This document shows positions 13,449 through 27,969 of a stretch of DNA of 64,000 nucleotides, in pieces. The first letter of the stretch is position 1. Each line of letters opens with the position of its first letter. Source of the DNA: Eledone cirrhosa (lineage: Eukaryota); the NCBI GenBank assembly GCA_964016885.1, contig OZ024742.1, positions 228,966,001-229,030,000 on the forward strand, given 5' to 3'. Made by a program: the position numbers and the translations under genes. A model generated the notes under the pieces. The model saw only the letters and a program-made list of their open reading frames with translations. It ran no database searches and was not told the DNA's origin.

Positions 13449-14725
13449 ATGTGTTGGGAGGGTCATGTTGCCAATAAGAAACCCAAGCACCAGTTGCCTT
13501 CACACCAATTTATTATTAATTTATTATAAATTTATTTATAAATTTAAGAATTTATAAATTTCCGGTTGGTTGGTTGGTTCCACAACCGGGCGGTTGTTCA
13601 TATATTGTCAAAGTTCTTTCGTCACACATTCTGTGACCTCTTCAGTGACTGGGGATTATTTTCTTTGTTGTTGTGCCTCTCCTTTGTTCTGTCCTCCGCC
13701 ATCTTGTTTTTGTGTGTGTTGTGTGCTTAGTTTGCGTATGTGTTACATCCGGGTGTCTGTGTGTGTTTATATTTGTTTATTTATTTGTTTATTTACATGT
13801 TACTGGTTGGTTGTTTGTTCTATGTGTGTGTGTGTTTTCATTTTGTCCTTAATTGTAAGTTGTAATGTTGCTATTCCATTCATGTTTTCTATTTAATTTG
13901 GTTGGAGTTCATTTATGTTTATTGCCTCTGTGATTTGTCTAAACATTGCGTCTTTTCTGTGTGTAGATTCTATTTTTATTTCTATGTTCTCTAATTTACC
14001 CTTATGTTCTATTTTAGCATGTTCGTGGAGTACATATGATTCTTTTCTATCTTGAAGCTCTCCCCAGTGAGTGTTCATTTATCCGTTCTCCTATACTACG
14101 AGCTGTCTCACCTATGTACACTATATTCTTATCTCTACATTGTCCTTCAGTACATCTTATGCTATATACTACATTTCTAGTTTTACAGTTAATATGGGGG
14201 CTTAGTTTACAGATTATACATTTCTTACAGGGAGGTTTTTGAAAAGGGTATGTATTGCTAATAAGTGTTTTTATGGAGGTACCTCGTCTTTCTACTATCT
14301 TAATATTGAGTTTATGTTTATCTAGGGCCCTTCTAAATTTGTAAGGTAATTCACCTCTAGGGGTTGTATTGATGAACATTACACTCTGGTATTTATTGCT
14401 ATCATATCATGAGTTTATTCTATTAACCTTATTACTAGTTCTTTCTATTCTATTCCAAACTTTGCTCCTATACAAGGGGCAGGTCCGATTTGTATCATTA
14501 TTTACCATTTTTTCCCATTTGTTTCAGAGAACTGCATACGGTGGATGAAGTGTTGTATGCGTCTCTCTAGTTCTTTGGGGTTGCACATGCGGGACACATT
14601 TCTCATCACCCGTACCAAATCCGCAATCAGTATGTTGATTTTGGTGTGGTCCGAAGCAGCTGAGTTTCGGTGGATCAGATATTTGGAAGTCATGGGTTTG
14701 GCATAATGGGAATGTAGGAGTTGTT
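13445..14725 (-). mobile_element. Penelope-like element 3' half (RT thumb, Cys linker, GIY-YIG, 3'UTR), left inverted arm
   Basis: ORFs 14502-14693, 14047-14379 and 13893-14078: NVVYSIRC...YIGETARSIGERINEH...RQITEAINI; frameshifted. Confidence 0.85.
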
Positions 14726-14779
14726 TTTTTGTTTTTTGTTATTAAATCAGCGAAAGTAACCGATCTAGGGACCTAACAA

Positions 14780-15914
14780 ACTGTATAATAGGTGGTATGG
14801 ATGGTATGTCCCTATATCCATCCATTGACGTGGATTTTGCTGTGGAGAAATGCGTAGATATTTTGGAATAGAATAGAAAGGACTAGGAATAAGGTTAATA
14901 GAATAAACTCATGGTATGATAGCAATAAATACCAGAGTGTAATGTTCATCAATACAACCCCTAGAGGTGAATTAGCTTACAAATTTAGAAGGGCCCTAGA
15001 TAAACATAAACTCAATATTAAGATAGGAGAAAGACCAGGTACCTCCATAAAAACACTTATTAGCAATACATACCCTTTTCAAACACCTCCCTGTATAGAT
15101 AAGAAATGTATAATCTGTAAACTAAGCCTCCATATTAACTGTAAAACTAGAAATGTAGTATATAGCATAAGATGTACTGAAGGACAATGTAGAGATAAGA
15201 ATATAGTGCACATAGGTGAGACAGCTCGTAGTTTAGGAGAACGGATAAATGAACACTGGCGAGAGCTTCAAGATAGATAAGAATCATATGTACTCCACCA
15301 ACATGCTAAAATAGAACATAAGGGTAAATTAGAGAACATAGAAATTAAAATAGAATCTACACACAGAAAAGACGCAATGTTTAGACAAATCACAGAGGCA
15401 ACAAACATAAATGAACTCCAGCCAAAATTAAATAGAAAACATGGAATAGGAACATCACACCTTACAATTAAGGACAAAATGAAAACACACACACACATAG
15501 AACAAACAACCAACCAGTAACAAGTAAATAAACAACAAATATATAAACACGCACAGACACCCGGATGTAACACATACGCAAACTAAGCACACAGCACACA
15601 CAAAAACAAGATGGCGTAGGATAGAACAAAGGAGAGGCACAAAAACAAAAAAAGAATCCCCAGTCACTGAAGAGGTCACAGAATGTGTGACGAAAGAACT
15701 TTGACAATATATGAACAACCGTCCGGTTGTGGAACCAACCAACCAACCGGATATTTATAAATTCTTAAATTTATAAATTTAATTTATAATAAATTGGAGT
15801 GAAAGCAACTATTGCGTGTGTTTCTTATTGGCAACATGACCCTCCCAAAACATAACAATATCGGTTTCAACACAAGTTTTCAGATAAAGAATCTTTGCTA
15901 AACAAATTCAGAAA

Positions 15915-15918
<4 letters not shown>
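14780..15918 (+). mobile_element. Penelope-like element, internally deleted, right arm
   Basis: RT motif remnant D..SLYPSIDVDFA near 14800, then ORF 14942-15280 (PF..PPC..KKC..C....NC..RNVVY.IRC...IGETARS..ER..EH) ending at a premature TAA; 3'UTR with HHR; ends at (TA)n. Confidence 0.85.
15663..15705 (+). ncRNA. Hammerhead-like motif in the PLE 3'UTR (mirror at 13607-13649 on minus)
   Basis: gtca CTGAAGA g-gtcaca-gaatg-tgtgac GAAA gaac TT tgac. Confidence 0.65.
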
Positions 15919-15950
<32 letters not shown>

Positions 15951-15955
15951 GTGTG

Positions 15956-16006
<51 letters not shown>

Positions 16007-16011
16007 GTGTG

Positions 16012-16047
<36 letters not shown>

Positions 16048-16050
<3 letters not shown>

Positions 16051-16320
16051 CGAAGGAAATCCGGTAAGGAACCAGATGGACCATAACGCACCAAAGTACT
16101 CAATACTTAGGGTAGTAGAGTGGGTAATAGGTACGAGTAGGACCCCGACGGCTGAGCTCAAGCCGTTTCGACGGCTAATTTAGTCCAAAATCAGCTGCCG
16201 AAACGGCTTGAGCTCAGCCGTCGATGTCCTACTCGTACCTATTACCCACTCTACTACCATAAGTATTGAGTACTTTGGTGCGTTATGGTCCATCTGGTTC
16301 CTTACCACATTTCCTTCCTT
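16048..16320. mobile_element. Family B, two full inverted arms
   Basis: aacgaaggaaat...ctaatttag...catttccttcctt between (TA)n tracts. Confidence 0.75.
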
Positions 16321-16470
16321 ATATATATATATATATACATACACACATTTATATATATATATATATTTCGTTTCTGAATTTGTTTAGCAAGATTCTTTAT
16401 CTGAAAACTTGTGTTGAAACCGATATTGTTATGCTTTGGGAGACTCATGTTGCCAATAAGAAACACACGC

Positions 16471-16503
<33 letters not shown>

Positions 16504-16659
16504 AAGAGATTTGTTGCAATAGTAAGTAAACAGTTATTTTATCAAAGAATGACAGCGTAGTGTTACACTAGTAATATATAGCAATGTTGTACACGGAAGA
16601 AGGCGTTGGACGAACGGATAAAACATCTATTTCCCTCATCAGCTACTCCCTGGGCAATC

Positions 16660-16746
<87 letters not shown>

Positions 16747-16751
<5 letters not shown>

Positions 16752-16880
16752 CCGGCCGTTTCTACAGCTAGATCCGAACCCTGTCGAGGTCTTGACTCAT
16801 TTCCCTATTACCCACTCTAAGTATCGAGTACTCTGGTGCGTTATGGCCCACCTGGTATCTTACCACACCTTCTTTGTGAT
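16747..16880 (+). mobile_element. Family B diverged copy
   Basis: ctattacccactctaagtatcgagtactctggtgcgttatggcccacctgg. Confidence 0.6.
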
Positions 16881-16906
16881 AAATATATATATATGTTATA
16901 TATATT

Positions 16907-17003
<97 letters not shown>

Positions 17004-17283
17004 GCACGCACACACACACACACACAGACGCACACACACTTATATATATATATATATATAGTTAGCGCGCGTAGACTGATATTGTACAGAAACATATGTT
17101 AAGGGACGAAGTGTAAATTAATTTTTCTGCTTCTAACCTTTACTTCTTGCGTAGTCATTTTTGTTTGTCTTGGTACTATACCTTTTACTATTACACACAC
17201 ACACACAAACACGCGCGCACACATACACACACATATACACACACACATATATATATATATGTTTATATATATATATATATCTG

Positions 17284-17388
17284 CAGGGTGTCCCCCCCCC
17301 CCGTAAATGTATATACACTTGATTACAAGTACAGGCAATATTCACTAGAATGCTGTTGAAGTGGGTATACATTGTTTGGGGACACCCT
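17284..17388. mobile_element. Tc1/mariner-type mini-MITE
   Basis: TIRs cagggtgtcccc...aatgtata and tatacatt...ggggacaccct, in TA context. Confidence 0.6.
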
Positions 17389-17894
17389 ATATATATATAT
17401 ATTCTTTTATTCTTTGAGTTGCTTTAGTCATTATCTCGCAGCCAGTGATGTTGGGATACCGCTCAAGAGGTTAAGACAACTATAATATTCTATTATATTT
17501 TGAAGTCTGGTACTTCAGCATTATTCGTATTTAATATATCACTAAATATATATATAACTATTAAGATAAACGTTATTTCAGTGCCAATACAACAAAAGCA
17601 TATTTAATTCTAAACACTATCTTTGAAATTATAAATATGTTGTAGATGTGTCTATGTACGTTGTTATTCTGAAATACGTTGTGTTAGTGCTATCATTAAC
17701 TAAACATATGTGCAGCATTCTATTGCCTTCAATACACGCGCCTACCATTGGCTTCCTAATGTTTAGAAAACGCCATTTTAATCACTATTGTCAGAATGCT
17801 AATCTCATCCTCCCACAATACACCCCACATCACCAAAACCCATCAACTTCTACTGACATGCTCTTCACATATTCCTTTACACCTTTCTTTCAAT

Positions 17895-18190
17895 ATTATC
17901 ATCTTTACCATAATTTCATTATCAACCTGCTCCTGATCATCATCAACATAATTACATCTTCCCCATTCTCGCCATCATTATCATCACCATAATCACCATC
18001 ATCTCCGTTATCATAACCATTGTCATCACTACAACCAAAAATGTCTTCACCATTATTCCCATCATCACAACCATCATCACAGTTATGATCCTCAACATCA
18101 TCAGCCCACACTAACCATCACCATCTCCATCATCATGATCATTATCACCCACACAATCAACATCAACATCAGCATCACCATCGCCATTAC
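17895..18190. repeat. Degenerate (CAT/CAC)n low-complexity tract
   Basis: Runs of catcatcaacat/atcaccat. Confidence 0.7.
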
Positions 18191-18792
18191 CAGGTTACAC
18201 ATCATGTAAACTCTTTCCTCTTCTATATTATCTGTTTTCTTCCTTTTTTTACATTGTTTCCCTCTTTCTTTCATTCATTCTTTTTCGTTCTTTACTGCTT
18301 CCTTCCTCTCTTTCTTTCCATTATTCCCATATTCCCACAATGTCGGAACAACTTATTCGACCTTCGCACACATCTAGATTACTTGTTTTCAATAAAACCC
18401 CTTAAGAGTTGAAACAGAACTCTATAAGCTAATCATTAATATACAATGTATACACACACACACACACACACCTATATATATATACATATATATATATGTA
18501 CATATATATATGAACATATACATGTGAATATATATGTATATGTATATATGTATGCATATATATCTTTATCTATATATATGTATATATACATACATATATA
18601 TCTATCTTTATCTATATATATATGTATGTATACATACATATATATATATATAGGATCATATATCGGTATATACATATATATATTATAATCACACACATGC
18701 ACACACACAGATATATATATATCTGTGTGCGTGTGTGTATGTATGTGCATGTGTGTGATTATAATATGAATATGTATATACCAATATATGAT

Positions 18793-18844
<52 letters not shown>

Positions 18845-18847
<3 letters not shown>

Positions 18848-19455
18848 TGGCTGCCAACTCGTTTTCGAGTACGGCCACTACTTTATATCCATGTAGGAGA
18901 ACCCCTACCGATGCGCTGAACGAGTGTGACTTTTTAGTCCAGCCAGCGATTTGAAAACTCTGGTACAAACACTACACTTGTGACAATTATTGACACATAG
19001 TGCTGGGTCCATGGTACCAGGTGACGATATGTGCAGAGAGATCTCCAGATATAAAGCAATGCCTGTGCCGTGAAGCTTTAATAGTGAGCAAAGACACTGC
19101 ACAAAGCCAGTCCCACTCTCTTAACCAAGGTGATATGTACCAAAAAGAAGAACAAGTCAACATCATTGGATACCATCAGGGTTGCAGGTGTTATATCAGA
19201 GTCTTCCTTCTCCTAGAATTCTGCCTTGAAAAAGGCTAAGGGGTCATCTCTCCCGGTGATTTTGGATGGCCATTGACTCTTAAGAGCTCATTTTCCCCTT
19301 GACAGGTTTTGTTTTTAGTCCTGCAAGATGTCCAAAGTCACCCTCCTCACCAAGAAACCTTGGTGGGGTTGCCAGTTTAGTCGCCAACAACCCGACCATG
19401 AGACAGGTTGTACTGGGATACATTTACCAGTAGCACCAACTGGTGACCTGACCAT
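18845..19455 (-). mobile_element. Non-autonomous RTE-like retroelement, second copy
   Basis: ORF 18905-19102 ends CSVCTRVFKSLAGLKSHTRSAHR (RTE-type C-terminal C2H2 finger); inverted homolog of 6117-6718; flanked by (TA)n. Confidence 0.65.
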
Positions 19456-19505
19456 ATATATATAAATATGTATATATACATACATATACATATACATATA
19501 TATAC

Positions 19506-19587
<82 letters not shown>

Positions 19588-19590
<3 letters not shown>

Positions 19591-19842
19591 AGAATATTTT
19601 CGAAACAGCGAGTGATTTGAAATTATTAAAAATGTAAGCTACCGCCGTATTTTGACTAAAGAAATTAAAGAAATTATTTAGCCTGGGAGTGGGGTTAAGA
19701 ACCCTCAGAGAAATGGAAAAAGATGAGTATTGACGTACATGTACGTTAATACTCATCTTTTTCCATTTCTCTGAGGGTTCTTAACCCCACTCCCAGGCTA
19801 AATAATTTCTTTAATTTCTTTAGTCAAAATACGGCGATAGCA
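19588..19842 (-). mobile_element. SINE-like repeat (homolog of 925-1123) as a perfect fold-back
   Basis: Turn gacgtaca|tgtacgtt at 19739/19740; arms of about 100 bp. Confidence 0.7.
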
Positions 19843-19863
19843 TGTATATATATATATATATTT

Positions 19864-20432
19864 ATTTTTGTGACTTGAAACTGTGCGGTAAGGGTCCTAC
19901 AGCAGGTACAGTGAATTTTTTAAAATTTATTTTAAAACTTTTTCTTATTTACTAAACCTTGATTATATATGTTCTGGCTCGTTAATTTATTAACCTGCCA
20001 TAGAACCACATTGGCATATGGTTGGGTAATACATGTGTCCCTATATGTATTTTGCATGTAGGGATATATACTTTATTATTATTAATCTCCCCTAGTCAAG
20101 ATAACATTTTGGTCATTTTGACTGCTGCTATTTCTAGTGGCAGTGGATCGACCTTTCCGCATCTGCCTTCTATCTTTGCACACGGCACTGGACAGAATTG
20201 CTTCTCGGGAACAATTTTGAATAGCGCCAGTTTGTAATTTGAACTCGGGAATTTTATATTCTCCGAGTGAAAAGAACCTTCTGACAAGAGTCTTTCTTTT
20301 CAATGGATGTCCGTAAGGACTATGCATTTATTTTTGAGACTTGAAACCGTACGGTAAGGGTAACTACAGCAGGTACCGTGAAATTTTTAAAATTTATTTT
20401 AAAACTTTTTCTTATTTGCTAAACCTTGATTA
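19864..20432 (+). mobile_element. HHR-bearing family C with a partial tandem 3' duplication (pseudo-LTR-like)
   Basis: 19864-19965 repeats 20328-20432; HHR 20276-20361: acctt CTGACAA gagtct...agactt GAAA CCGTACGG TA agggt. Confidence 0.7.
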
Positions 20433-20540
20433 TATATATATATATTTATATATATATATGCATATATATTTATGAATATATATATATGTAAAATGATGTA
20501 TATATATATATATATACATACATATATATATATGTATGTA

Positions 20541-20594
<54 letters not shown>

Positions 20595-20596
<2 letters not shown>

Positions 20597-21760
20597 GAGG
20601 TTATATTTAATTTGTTATATTTAAATTGATACAACAAGCAAAATATTTTTATAACTGATATAAAGCACTCAACAAATTATTGGAGTAAATATACAATATA
20701 TTAACAAATGGAAACTATATTTATAAAACCATATTTATTTCATTATACATATTTCAAGGGCCACCAAGGCAAACTATGGTGCGCTTTCATCAGATAAAAT
20801 ATAATATAGGTTAGTTTTATAAATAAATATTGACATACCCTGAAAAAATGCAACCATTCTGGTTCGAATCTTCTGGATAGTGGAGTTATTAGATTTATTG
20901 TTGGTTTATTATGCAAATTAGTGTCGGAAAGGTTTAAATAACAGTATATTTAAATTAAGCCGTTGGAATAGGGAAAAAAAAGAAAGAAAGAGAAAAAAGA
21001 GAAAAAACGAAAGAAAGAAAGAGAGAGAAAAAAACCTGAGTATATTTAAGTGAGACAGAATAGCGTAATTTTGTGAGAAGATGCGAAGAAATAAATATAG
21101 CGTGGATGAATACCGTAACATGGATAAACAATAATAAAGATAAGTTGAAGAATTTTATCTAATGTTTAATTAATAAATTTGATTAAATGCTTAATTAATA
21201 ATTTATCAATTCAATCCATAGTTTAAATGTGTATGTTAGATTATGAAAGAATATATATTATTAAAATATATATTATTAGAAAATATGTTATTATTACAAA
21301 ACCATATATAATTTTATTAATTATTATTAATTTAAAAAATTTGTAAGTTTAAAATATACGAATATTTCTAAGCTCATGAAAATTCCGAGAGTTTACAGAA
21401 GAATAATCCCTTATTTGTAATAGCAGTAGAGCGTAAAAGAAATTGCTAGCGATTTATTAATAATTTAGATAGCTCTAAGTATTAAATGCTATAAAGTTAA
21501 GATGTTAAAAAATTAAATTTTCCATCTTAATAATGTAATTAGAGTATGAATCTTATGTTATTTTATAGCAAGTTATAATTTTATAACTCTACCTGTTATA
21601 CAGTTATGACTGTTAAAAACATAAATTTGTTTGCTATAACGTGTTAAGATTTAAAAATTCTTTCATAGGAATATATCTAAAGCATAAACCATAAAAAAAC
21701 TCTTTCATAAGAGTATATCTATAGAATATATTTAAAGTATCAATTATATATATATATAAA
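20595..21760 (-). mobile_element. HHR-bearing family D, AT-rich 3'UTR-like fragment
   Basis: Homologous to 36395-36790 and 29215-29490; minus strand CTGATGA...GAAA TATG TA at 20742-20800; right boundary uncertain. Confidence 0.55.
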
Positions 21761-21767
21761 CATTTTG

Positions 21768-21805
<38 letters not shown>

Positions 21806-21955
21806 CAAGCATTTGAAAAATATATAAATACAAAATATACAATATAAAATATGAATTATAATTATAAAAAATGTATTATAATATGTATATATATTTGTAC
21901 AATTATAATATATATATATATTTGTACAATTATATATATATGCATACAAATATAA

Positions 21956-22049
<94 letters not shown>

Positions 22050-22053
<4 letters not shown>

Positions 22054-22244
22054 TAAAATAACAGTTTAAGCAAAGAATCGCTGCTTAGTTTCAGAAGATC
22101 CCGTTAAGAGTGAAAGCAGCAATTCTTTGCTTAAACTTTAATCTGTTCATTTAATAAATATTTGTTCTACGGTTCTTATATATTTGATATATATTTATCC
22201 TTATCGAGCCCTCTTTGGATTTTAGTCTTCAAATTTATTATTAT

Positions 22245-22248
<4 letters not shown>
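22050..22248 (+). mobile_element. Family E fold-back copy
   Basis: Homolog of 55605-55809 and 29753-29856; gtttaagcaaagaatcgctgctt is inverted against aagcagcaattctttgcttaaac. Confidence 0.65.
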
Positions 22249-22341
<93 letters not shown>

Positions 22342-22358
22342 TGTGTGTTTGTGTATCA

Positions 22359-22640
22359 AAAGATATATGGTACGGTTAATAAATAAACATTTTGAAAGCC
22401 AAGGTATGAATAGAAAGGTTGACAGCCAGCGTTGTGTAGAGGATTCTAGCAGAAGCAGCGGAAGATAACTGTCTATACATTTCAAGCTCAGGCCCTCATC
22501 AGGACAGTGCCTCCCCTTGCTCAATATCCAGCCGAGGGCAATGCATAGACAGTTATCCCCAGCTTTTCAATTCATAGCTTGGCTTACAAAATATTCATTT
22601 ATCAAACATACCGTATATCTTAAAAACTAATAATTTTTCT
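22359..22640 (-). mobile_element. Older fold-back insert with a hammerhead motif at 22468-22508
   Basis: Minus strand actgtc CTGATGA gggc-ctga-gctt GAAA tgta TA gacagt; the other arm shows the ATGCAT palindrome; arms are diverged. Confidence 0.7.
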
Positions 22641-22879
22641 TCCCCTTTTTATTATTCGTATAAATATGCAACATAACCACATTGTGCATATCCGCAGTTG
22701 GAAAAGCATATAATGATGAAACCGGTACCATTATTAATTGCGGAAATAGCCACTTTATAAATAAATGTTTTGATATTATACTGAAAGAATCTCTTCAGGA
22801 TTTTATACTGAAAAAATCTTTTACCTCTCAACTATTTGTCTGTGTGTGTATACACGCACACAGACAGACAGACAGACAG

Positions 22880-22976
<97 letters not shown>

Positions 22977-23467
22977 ATATTATCTGTATTGTCACTATGT
23001 TTATATATATAAGTTTATATATGATGATACGATTATTAAAAGGAACCTGCATTTTGGAATGTAATAAACATACAGTGGAAATGTTGGAATATCATAACGG
23101 GTTGTGTTTAGATAAATGTTTAATAATACAATCCTATTGATTGAAAGTATAACCGTTAGCGTCGAAAGATAATATTTTAGAGAACGAAGTATTGAGCATT
23201 GGAATATATATATTCATCTATGAATATATATATATATATAACACATATACATATATATAAATTGGTGAATGTATATATAAACGTGTATAAAAATACATGA
23301 TTAAATATATTTATTTGTGCGAAAATACAATTACATATATGTCATATATATATATATATATATATATATATTGATATATGTATGTGTATATATATGTCTG
23401 TGTTTGTGTGTGTGTGTATATATATATATATATGAGTGTATGTATGTATGTATATATGTATATACAT

Positions 23468-23545
<78 letters not shown>

Positions 23546-24637
23546 ATGTGCATGTGTGTGATTATAATATAAATATGTATATACCAATATATGATCAAAT
23601 GCATTTATTTGTATGAAAATACAAAATAGTTGAAAATTATGTGTTCGATATAAAATTTGATTGAAGTTTGCTAGTTTTGTTGTAGAATGTTGCAAGCCTA
23701 ATTAACCATTTCAATTCCTAAAGCCTATTTACCTCTATTGCAACAGTGATATAGATTTCTTCTTCTGCATCTTAATGCATTGCTCTATATAATTGCTTTC
23801 TTAACGGTAATTGTTTTTCCAAATCACTAATATATTGCACTACGTTTCAAGCACATGATAACTGTGTAGCTAGATCCGGCATTGTATTAAGCGAGAAGCT
23901 GTTTTAAAGTTCAATTTCATCAACATACTCATACATTCAAGAAACCAAAAAGAGAAAAAAAAAGAAGAAAATATTTTCTATCAGCTTTTCGAAGTACATT
24001 CGGTTCACGATGGAAACATGTACGCCATCGTTTAAAATCATATGGACAATTAATGACCGTTCCAGTCCTTACATTTATGATCAAATTATGCCGCTGACTT
24101 TGAATAAGCGAAGGAGGATTCGTATAATTTTCAGACTAGTTCAAGTTATCAACGGTAGATTTGTTATTCTCTTTTGGTAACAGTAGTTCGGGGACCGTGA
24201 ACATCGGCAATTTCGATAGTAAGAGGCAAAAAATGAAATAAATAAAGAAAGAACCGGTCATGCAATACACGTTATTTAGTCATCTTACACTAGTCTACCG
24301 GATTTGTAACCGGTAGGTTGGCAAGAAAGAATTGGTGTAACATCATTATATAGCTTTGAGGAGTAATGTTTCAATTCGAACAACGGAACGATTAGCTTGC
24401 ATATCATTCAAGAAATTCTGAAGGAGATTGTGTATGACAGAGTATGAATTACAGTTACAGCCAAACCTACGGAAGGACTCCTAAACAGTTTCTATCAACC
24501 AAATTTCAGACACAGGACACGGGTAGACATGAGACTATGGTAAATAAAATATATTCAAGATACCCTGGAGTCTAATGACTGTAAAACAAGCTTAAACATT
24601 TAGCATTAATGTGTCCACTTTTATAATATATAAGCGT

Positions 24638-25218
<581 letters not shown>

Positions 25219-25220
25219 TA

Positions 25221-25398
25221 TATTGGCAGTATCGGTAGAGGGTCGGACGCCATGCTTTCCAGCATAGTTACGTCCCTTTACGATCTGAGTTCAAATCCCG
25301 CCGAGGTTGACTTTGCCTTTCATCCTTACGGGGTCGATAAAATAAAGTACCAGTAATGCACTGAGTAATTGCTGGCCTTGTGCCTAAAGTAGAAACAG

Positions 25399-25400
<2 letters not shown>
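25221..25400 (+). mobile_element. tRNA-derived Nin/Deu-domain SINE
   Basis: gagttcaaatcccgccgaggttgactttgcctttcatccttacggggtcgataaaataaagtaccag. Confidence 0.8.
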
Positions 25401-25433
<33 letters not shown>

Positions 25434-25554
25434 TTTAAGTTTGGTGATTTACCACTGGATAGAACTGGTCATTCCGTATAGTCAACCGTAATGTAATATT
25501 TAAAAAGCACTCGACGTTGTCCAACGCATCCATCTTCGATGTTGAATCTGGTTG

Positions 25555-25634
25555 GTGGTGCGAGAAGGGAGTTAATTATTATTGAGTAAAATGACAGGAG
25601 GCCGGACTGGTGAAATTTCTTGAAAGATTTATAA

Positions 25635-25693
<59 letters not shown>

Positions 25694-25772
25694 AAAATCT
25701 TTCAAGAAATTTCACCAGTCCGGCCTCCTGTCATTTTACTCAATAATAATTAACTCCATTCTCGCACCACCA
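25555..25772. repeat. Inverted repeat of about 80 bp around a (TA)n spacer
   Basis: tggtggtgcgagaa...cttgaaagattt versus aaatctttcaag...ttctcgcaccacca. Confidence 0.85.
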
Positions 25773-25792
25773 TAAATATATATATATATATA

Positions 25793-26149
25793 TATTAAAA
25801 TACAAATATTAATAAAATAGATGTTCTTTTGATCAAATAAATTTTATTATACATATTTCAGAGGTACAACAGTGCGTCCTCATCAGATAAAATATAATGA
25901 TACATGACATACCCTGAGATGTTAAATGGTTAAGATTTAATCAAGGTACTACCTTGATTAAATCTTAACCATTTAACATCTGTTGTACCTCTGAAATATG
26001 TATAATAAAATTTAATTGATCAAAAGAACATCTATTTTATTAATATTTGTATTTTAATATTAATAACTCTGGGAAAATATTTTACTGTAGAGTGCTTCCA
26101 ATCTACTGTAAAATTCGTTCTTTGATGTACTCATTGAATCTTGTTTAAC

Positions 26150-26154
<5 letters not shown>
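25793..26154. mobile_element. Fold-back insert with HHR (25842-25893, minus)
   Basis: Turn aaggta-c-tacctt at 25949; the right arm lacks the CTGATGA-containing segment. Confidence 0.7.
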
Positions 26155-26220
<66 letters not shown>

Positions 26221-26307
26221 CTTATATCAACACACACACGCACACACACACACACACACATGCACACACATGCACACACATGCACACACATAAACACACG
26301 CACACGC

Positions 26308-26378
<71 letters not shown>

Positions 26379-26646
26379 ATATTACTCAAGTGTAACGTTA
26401 AAGATTAACTTTTCACTTTCTTGGTAATTAACAATGCAACGGATACAATATTTTCCTGATTCATGATTTTTCCTGTGATTTTCATATTCTACAGACTGAC
26501 TACTCTTACATTGTAACATGCATTTTATATATTATTCTATATTGTATTATATTGTATAATATTATATGATAATATATTATATTATCTTAAAGTATATTAA
26601 ATTATATTATGTTAGATTATATTGTATCATATATATATATATATAT

Positions 26647-26862
26647 AACGAAGGAATTGTGGTAAGGAACCAGATGGACCATAACGCACCAAAGTACTCA
26701 ATACTTAGGGTAGTAGTGTGGGTAATAGGAACAAGTATGACCCCGACGGCAGAGCTCAAGCCGTTTCGACGGCTATTTTTGGACTAAAAACTAATTTTTT
26801 TTTTTTTAGGTCCAGAAATATCCGTCGAAACGGCTTGAGCTCTGCCGTCGGCGTCATACTTG

Positions 26863-26866
<4 letters not shown>
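26647..26866 (-). mobile_element. Family B fold-back copy
   Basis: Arms share the private variants caagtatga and ggcagagctc. Confidence 0.75.
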
Positions 26867-26948
<82 letters not shown>

Positions 26949-27219
26949 CATGCATACATATATATACATATATGCATTGTCTTATTAAAAAGATGCTATG
27001 CTTAAAATATTATAAGTTCTTTAAAAATTGTGTTCTTTCTTTTTGTCACTCCATAATTTATTTTTTACATAACACACACACACACACAACACAAACACAC
27101 ATACACACATTTATATATATACATATATACACACACACACATATATATAGATGTACGAACATATAAATATATATATATATATATGTATATGTATATGTTC
27201 GTATATATATATGTATACA

Positions 27220-27322
<103 letters not shown>

Positions 27323-27514
27323 CATTTTCCATAAATAATTTTCTTACGTCTTGCTTTCTTTGTATTGCATATTTTTTTTCTAGTTTGTTTATCTATGTCA
27401 ATTTTTCGATTGAAATTCTAAGTGAAAACAATGGCGGAAATAAAAGGCAAACACAACACAAATCAATTGCAACAATATACCAACATATATAGCAATATTT
27501 CTGACAGCAGCAGC

Positions 27515-27597
<83 letters not shown>

Positions 27598-27925
27598 GTA
27601 GACACACATACACACACACACAGACAGACAGATACAGACACACAGACAGACACATATGTAGCAATATTTACGACAATAACACACACACACACAGGCATAT
27701 ATATATATATACATATATATATATTTGTGTGAATGTGTGTCTGTGTGTGTGTGTGTGTGAATGACAGTGAGTGAATGTCTGTTTGTCTGTGTATATATAA
27801 ATAAATGTATATATATATATATATGTGTGTGTGTGTATGTGTGTGTGTTTGAATATGTGTCTGTGTGTGTGTGTGTGAGAGAGAATGTGTGATAGTGTGA
27901 GTGTCTGTGTGTGTGTGTGCGTGTG

Positions 27926-27969
<44 letters not shown>

